A DNA stretch of 61,556 bases, the filler included, from Hausera hauseri (Eukaryota): the NCBI GenBank assembly GCA_046269625.1. It is 10 parts of 10 records of this genome, joined end to end, with 100 filler letters (N's around TTAATTAATTAA, not from the genome) between each part and the next. Parts side by side here need not be neighbours in the genome. Positions count along the whole stretch, not along the records: positions 55,914 to 61,556 come from JBJURY010215077.1; 9 more parts are not named here. One strand, 5' to 3'. The translations under genes were made by a program, and so were the position numbers. Below the pieces are notes generated by a model. That model ran no database searches. It saw only the letters and a program-made list of their open reading frames with translations, and had not been told where the DNA came from. Below, one piece after another: positions 56,098 through 61,556 of the stretch (the first letter of the stretch is position 1; every line of letters starts with the position of its first letter).

Positions 56098-59000
56098 GTG
56101 GCCCACAACGGCTGTAGGACAAGGGACACAATATGCGGGGATACCGCACTACTCATCCTGTTGCTTATTGCCGCCATTTCTCATCTACCTTTGTTAATAA
56201 TAAATTAATACATACTGCACATGTAACACAATGTATCGACACAATACAATTATATGACCTCATCCATAAAACCACTCTCCTCAATGACTTCTATCTGACT
56301 CACAATGGATTTATTTTAACTAGCCTCCCACACATCACTTCTTCACAATACTATCTATGTATACATATTCACCCCAGAATCCACGGCGGCATGATATATT
56401 CACTAACCAGTGACATCACAGATAAGGTAACCACAAAATTTAAATTCATTTTCTACTATCCAAAATCAAACCATCAATGTCCTTCAACCGATACTAACTT
56501 TTTACACAAAACCCGTACTATTACACCCTCACATTGCACCGAATACTTTACATACAATGAAAACTATAGTAAGACTTGGCTTCACTTCCATCAACTTTGG
56601 CTACAGTCCAACAGCATAACCTATTCGATAATTAAAGCACGCGTTTTGTCTCAAGAAATTGATCATCGTCGCCGGTGCGGTCAGTTATATGTTATCATAA
56701 CAAATTTAATAACGAAGCTAATAAATGCTGTTTAGGGTGTAGATATTATTCTTCGAATCTACAATAAGATAACATTGTTTGCATCTATCAGGCAAAATTT
56801 CGATCTAATGTTCGGAATTGTATTTCAGGCTGTAACTATAAAACCAATCATAACTACACCACCGATAGACGCTCTAGTTTTTCTAACATTAATCGTCCCA
56901 ATTCACCAATCCAAAAAACTGATTTTGCCGCCAGTATTCACGGCAGAATCTGGCAAAAGCAATTTACCTAATTCTTCTTGCCGACACACTTCTTTTGCAG
57001 TCTTTACACTAAATGCTGCTATTTCCACTCCTAACATTCAATCCATAGGCTTTCTCATCGATACTGGTGCAGCCATCTCATTACTACCACTTTCTTTTTC
57101 GGTTTAGCATTCTTCACTTCAAACAAAACCGTTATACACCGCCTCCGGTCAACTCTTTTATATTTCCGGAACATGCAAATTATCTTTCACTCTCCCAAAA
57201 TTTTCCTCACCATTTCATTGGACCTTTACAGTCGCTAACGTCCAGACGGCAATACTTGGCTCCGATTTCCTGTCACACTATACCTTGGTGGTTGATTGTA
57301 ATCAACGATACCCAACATGAAATACACATGAAGACTGTAGTACAGGAATAGGCAGCACCTTGACGACGGCACAGCCAACAGTAAATAGACAATAAATCTT
57401 AAAATAATCAATACCTCTTCCTATTTCTCTTAACTATCACGCTTTACCTCGTAAGCTTTCAAAAGATAATGCCGATAGTCAATCACAGCTCAATGTCGAC
57501 ATTCACGATCTTGTATCTCCAGTAAAATTACTAAACAACATTAATTACTCAAATAAGATCTTTGACACAACCATTCTACATCAAATTCCACCCGATATCC
57601 CATCAACAACCAACCAGCATTTACCAAGTACTGCTAGCAACATCGGTTCATCGTCACTTCCAATATTCCGGCAACTACCCGTAAGTTTGCAACAATTCAT
57701 CAATACCTCTTGTCCTCGTATACTTCAAAAAGATCGAAATTTCATTCCTGGAAACGGCATATACCATCATATACTTACACAACACCAAAGACCAATTCGA
57801 CAAAAGGTTCGTCCATTGTCACCGCGTTTCAGGCAGGCAGTAGAGACAGACTTTTTTGAACTTGAACAATCAGGTATTGTTCGTAGGTCTAAATCCCCAT
57901 GGTCTTCACCTCTTCACGTTGTCCAAAAAAGATAGATCCTTCCGACCATGCGGCGATTACCGCCAGCTTATTACTTTAGTCATAATGGATGCATACCCAC
58001 TAACATTGATCAAATACATCTTACGTCGGTTTAATTCTACTACAATTTATTCAACAATTGATTTAGCCATAACTTACCACCAAATTCCTGTCTCACCGGA
58101 AGACATCGAGAAATCTGCAGTTACCACTCCTTTTGGTCTTTATGATTATCGCTAAATTCTGTTCGGTCTTCGGAATGCTGCACAGAGTTTTTTGCGACAC
58201 GACGATTCAATCATTTCAGACTTCCCTTTTGCGCATCCATATATTGACGATATCTTGGTTGCTTCTTCTTCTATCGAAAAACACGAGAAACACCTACGAT
58301 CTATCTTCAAACAACTTAATCAGTTAAATCTACAGATTAATTTTGCAAAATGTAACTTCTTCCAAAAACGCGTTAATTTTGTTGGACATATTATCTCATC
58401 AGACGGCCATTCAACTCAGCTTGATCGAGTTGCGACTCTCAAAAACGTCCAACTACCACGGACAACCACAGAAATGCGCAGTTTCCTTGGTACCTTGCAT
58501 TTCGTCCACAAATATATTCCATATTGTTCGGAACTCACGGCATCTTTTGCACACTTAAGCGGAGGAAAGAAACACCATAAGATCCAGTGGACACCACAAC
58601 TGGTTGATAGATTTGATAAGCTACGCAAAGGACTAAAGACTGTTGAAATACTAGCATTTCCTAAGCCTGACACCGAGCTTATTTTGACCACAGATGCATC
58701 AACCATCACAGTAGGTGCCGTATTACATCAGTTGTATAAAGGCGAAAATCAGCCTCTATAATTTTTTCTCCAGAAAATTAACCCAACCAGAAACTAGATA
58801 TTCAACCTTCAATCGAGAACTTTTGTCAATAGTTCTTGCCTTAAAGCATTTTCCCACTTATTTAGAGCTCGCCATGTTGTTATATAGATTGATCACACAC
58901 CTTTGATTAATATAATGTCAATGAAACATCCTTCAATTCGACAAGAACGACAAATTTCATATTTATTCACATTTTACTTCGACATTAAACATATTGACCG

Positions 59001-60755
59001 TGTTAACAATCTAGTTGCCGATTTCTTATCTAGATCAGTCGGTTCAATTAATATTTCACCAATTTTTACTTAGACAAAACTTCAAAAAAATCAGCCATCT
59101 CAAGATATTCTGAAGTCGTTTAAGTCTCACCACATCGTTGACGGCGTGGCTTTAGATACTTCTAAACCAGGACAATCCAAAATAATTCTTGCCCCATTTT
59201 ACAGAAAAAAGCATTTGATAATGTTTATTCATTACATCATACTGGTTCCAAGGCAACTTTTTGCTTATTTCAATTTTAAGTAGTTTTGCCTTCGATGCGC
59301 TCCGATGTGCAAGCATGGGTTAAACAGTGCGTGGCTTGTCAAAAATATAACACTATAAAACATTTAAAACCACCATTATACCACTTCCCCTGCACATCAC
59401 GTTTCAAAACAGTATATATTCATATCGTCGGTCCCCTCCTAATAGACAACAGTCATCAATTTATTCTGACCATGGTAAACCGTTCCTCGTGATAGCCGGA
59501 AGCCATCCCGCTGTGGAACACAAACACCGACACAATAGCCAATACTTTCTTTTGTACGTGGATTAGTAGGTTCGGGTCCCCTGATTATATCATCTCAGAC
59601 CAAGGTCCTCAATTTGAATCAAATCTGTTTAAGTGCCTAGTCAACCGATTGGGAATAAGCCACATTCATCCCCAATCGAATGGCCTTTTCAAAGGTATCC
59701 ACCGAACATTGAAAACATCACTTAGAATCCTTGCACAATCCAACACCAATTGGAATATCCTTCTTCCGTTAGTTCTGCTTGGCTGGCAGAACATTCTTTC
59801 CACTTCCACAGGATGCTCACCAATTGAAGCCTTATTCGAAACCCTTAAACGGTCAATATTTGAACTAACCGCCCTAGAAGAGACTCCTGCAGATGAGAGG
59901 ATACGAGCAGCACAAGATTATATCGTTACAATCAGCAAGGATTCGTTCTGCAGGCCCTTACATAATGAAAAATTTTATATACAAGAAGACTTATACTCGA
60001 CAAAGTTTGTATGGTTAAAAAATCAAACACCATGTGGTTTTCAGCCACAGTACTTAGGACCCTATAAATTAGTTCAGCTGCATTCACACAATGATATTAT
60101 CCTCAAAGACGGAAAAGAATTTGTAGTGCATATAACTAATGTAAAACCCGCCTTTTACGTCGACAATGCTTCCCCAATTGAAACCTCAACCTCGTTTCTC
60201 ACCCCTGTATCTATCTCTATCCCGACTTCAATTTCCACGTCTACCTTACCCCATACTTCTGCTCCCGTTTCTATTCCTACACCTTCACCTCCTAATTCCG
60301 TTCCTGTCCCTGTTTCTGCATCTTTCTCTCCTTATACTCATATTCATACTTCTACTCCAACCTATATTCCTATTCCTTCGCCTATTTGTACTTTCCCTCT
60401 GCACTTACTACCTTCCAAAACTTTCTCAGACAGCTGGATTCATTCACCATCAGTCACCCCTCCTCCTTCTTCTGTCTTACCTCCGCCAGACACAACACCC
60501 AATCGTGCAAAATCTGATATTTTTCCTTCCCAACAACTTTAGCAGTCAGACAAAAAAGTAAAGATACATCGCAAATCAGTTACATTCAGCACCTGTAGTA
60601 GACAACTAAATAACGACGGATTAAAACGTCTTGTACGCACAAAAACTTATTAGACAAATTACACTGTTTGTTCTCGGGATTTTCTTTTTAATTTTATCGT
60701 CACAGTTCTTCATCTCAGCCACCGGAGGGTATTATGGTGCCTACCGTCAACCGCG
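56098..60755 (+). mobile_element. Near-complete decayed CsRN1-clade Ty3/Gypsy element (UBL-gag, PR, RT, RH, IN-GPY, P/S/T tail)
   Basis: UBL IHPRIHGG; PR FLIDTGAAISLL; RT RPCGDYRQL and YIDD; RH TTDAS; IN ISDQGPQF and YLGPYKL; terminal TAG 60651-60653; purine tract ~60724. Confidence 0.93.
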
Positions 60756-61204
60756 CTTTTACCGTACGTTAAGCCTTTGTCAATGTCATATTTTTCTTGC
60801 ATTTTGATGAAAAGTTAATGTACATAATTTTATGTCTTAAATTGTTGTAAATCAAATTATACAGTTTGTAGTATCCTATGGTGTTATTTTGTACTAAATT
60901 ATTTAAATTAATTATTTAAGTATGACTGCTTACTTCAATACGTGTATATAAGTGTATATGTAATTTTATTTGTGCTTTTGTTTTGTGCCGAGTAATAATA
61001 CCAAAATTATTTCTGTGGAATAGCTGCTGGGGTTGCGGGACAAGGACTGAGTTCTGCCTGCCTTGTAATTTTATTGTATCAAAACATTTTTTTGTTTTAA
61101 TATGAATACGGTAGTTAATAAGACAGAAAGCGAGTTTTTTTAAAATTTAAATATAAATATTGATATTTATTGAATTTTACTGATTATCATGATAATGATT
61201 GTTA

Positions 61205-61556
61205 AAATAAAAGGTGGTTCATTAGATAGTTGGCAAAAATCCGCACTTCGGAAATCGTCTATGTTTTGTTGGTGCGTAGAAAGTGGTTTGGGGGTACTTC
61301 AAAGCACCAACAAAACTCGGTTACAAGTTTTATGTTATCCAATAATATTTTACACTTAGAAGAATTGAATTCTACCTTGGAAGCGATTCAAATATACTAC
61401 AGAAGTAATGATTGTTATTAAACTGTCAGAAAATGCATCGGTAATTTTGTCGCATCGCTTATCATAGAGACGTTTAATAATCTTAAACATCCACTGGACA
61501 GTTTATAAATACGCAATGAACGATTTTGTTGAGTTCGTAATTTTGATACAAGGTGA
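61205..61556 (+). mobile_element. Possible Tc1/mariner (DD37D-like) 5' remnant
   Basis: TAAAAGGTGGTT TIR-like start; IQIYYRSN.C..TVRK resembles an N-terminal HTH; heavily decayed. Confidence 0.3.

Overview
This window is not one locus. It is 10 unrelated contigs joined by nine 100-nt linkers (44 N + TTAATTAATTAA + 44 N): A 1-4575, B 4676-8617, C 8718-13032, D 13133-22074, E 22175-27583, F 27684-31734, G 31835-37376, H 37477-42884, I 42985-55813, J 55914-61556. Most contigs (A-F, H, J) look like an AT-rich, fast-evolving invertebrate genome with 38-57 nt introns, tentatively a parasitic flatworm. They contain decayed mobile elements (Tc5-like, two mariners, a Penelope-type inverted repeat with hammerhead ribozymes, CsRN1-clade Ty3/Gypsy copies, a Polinton-type pPolB) and host genes or fragments (CAP/GAPR-1, beta-spectrin, DPP4-like, kinase, PABP-like, TTC25-like, PDI). 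Contig G joins a fish-type retroviral gag to four compact GC-rich genes, probably from an unidentified DNA virus. Contig I is the virion module of a crAss-like Bacteroidota phage. Two candidates for undescribed systems stand out. (1) A Gypsy family whose Gag begins with a ubiquitin-like domain ending in diglycine (three copies), whose integrase ends in a conserved RVxF-like motif (three copies), which has no visible normal LTR, and which sits next to co-oriented intronless host-gene fragments. (2) A decayed polyprotein that places a chuvirus-like glycoprotein upstream of a retropepsin. All family assignments are from motif recognition by eye; no searches were run.
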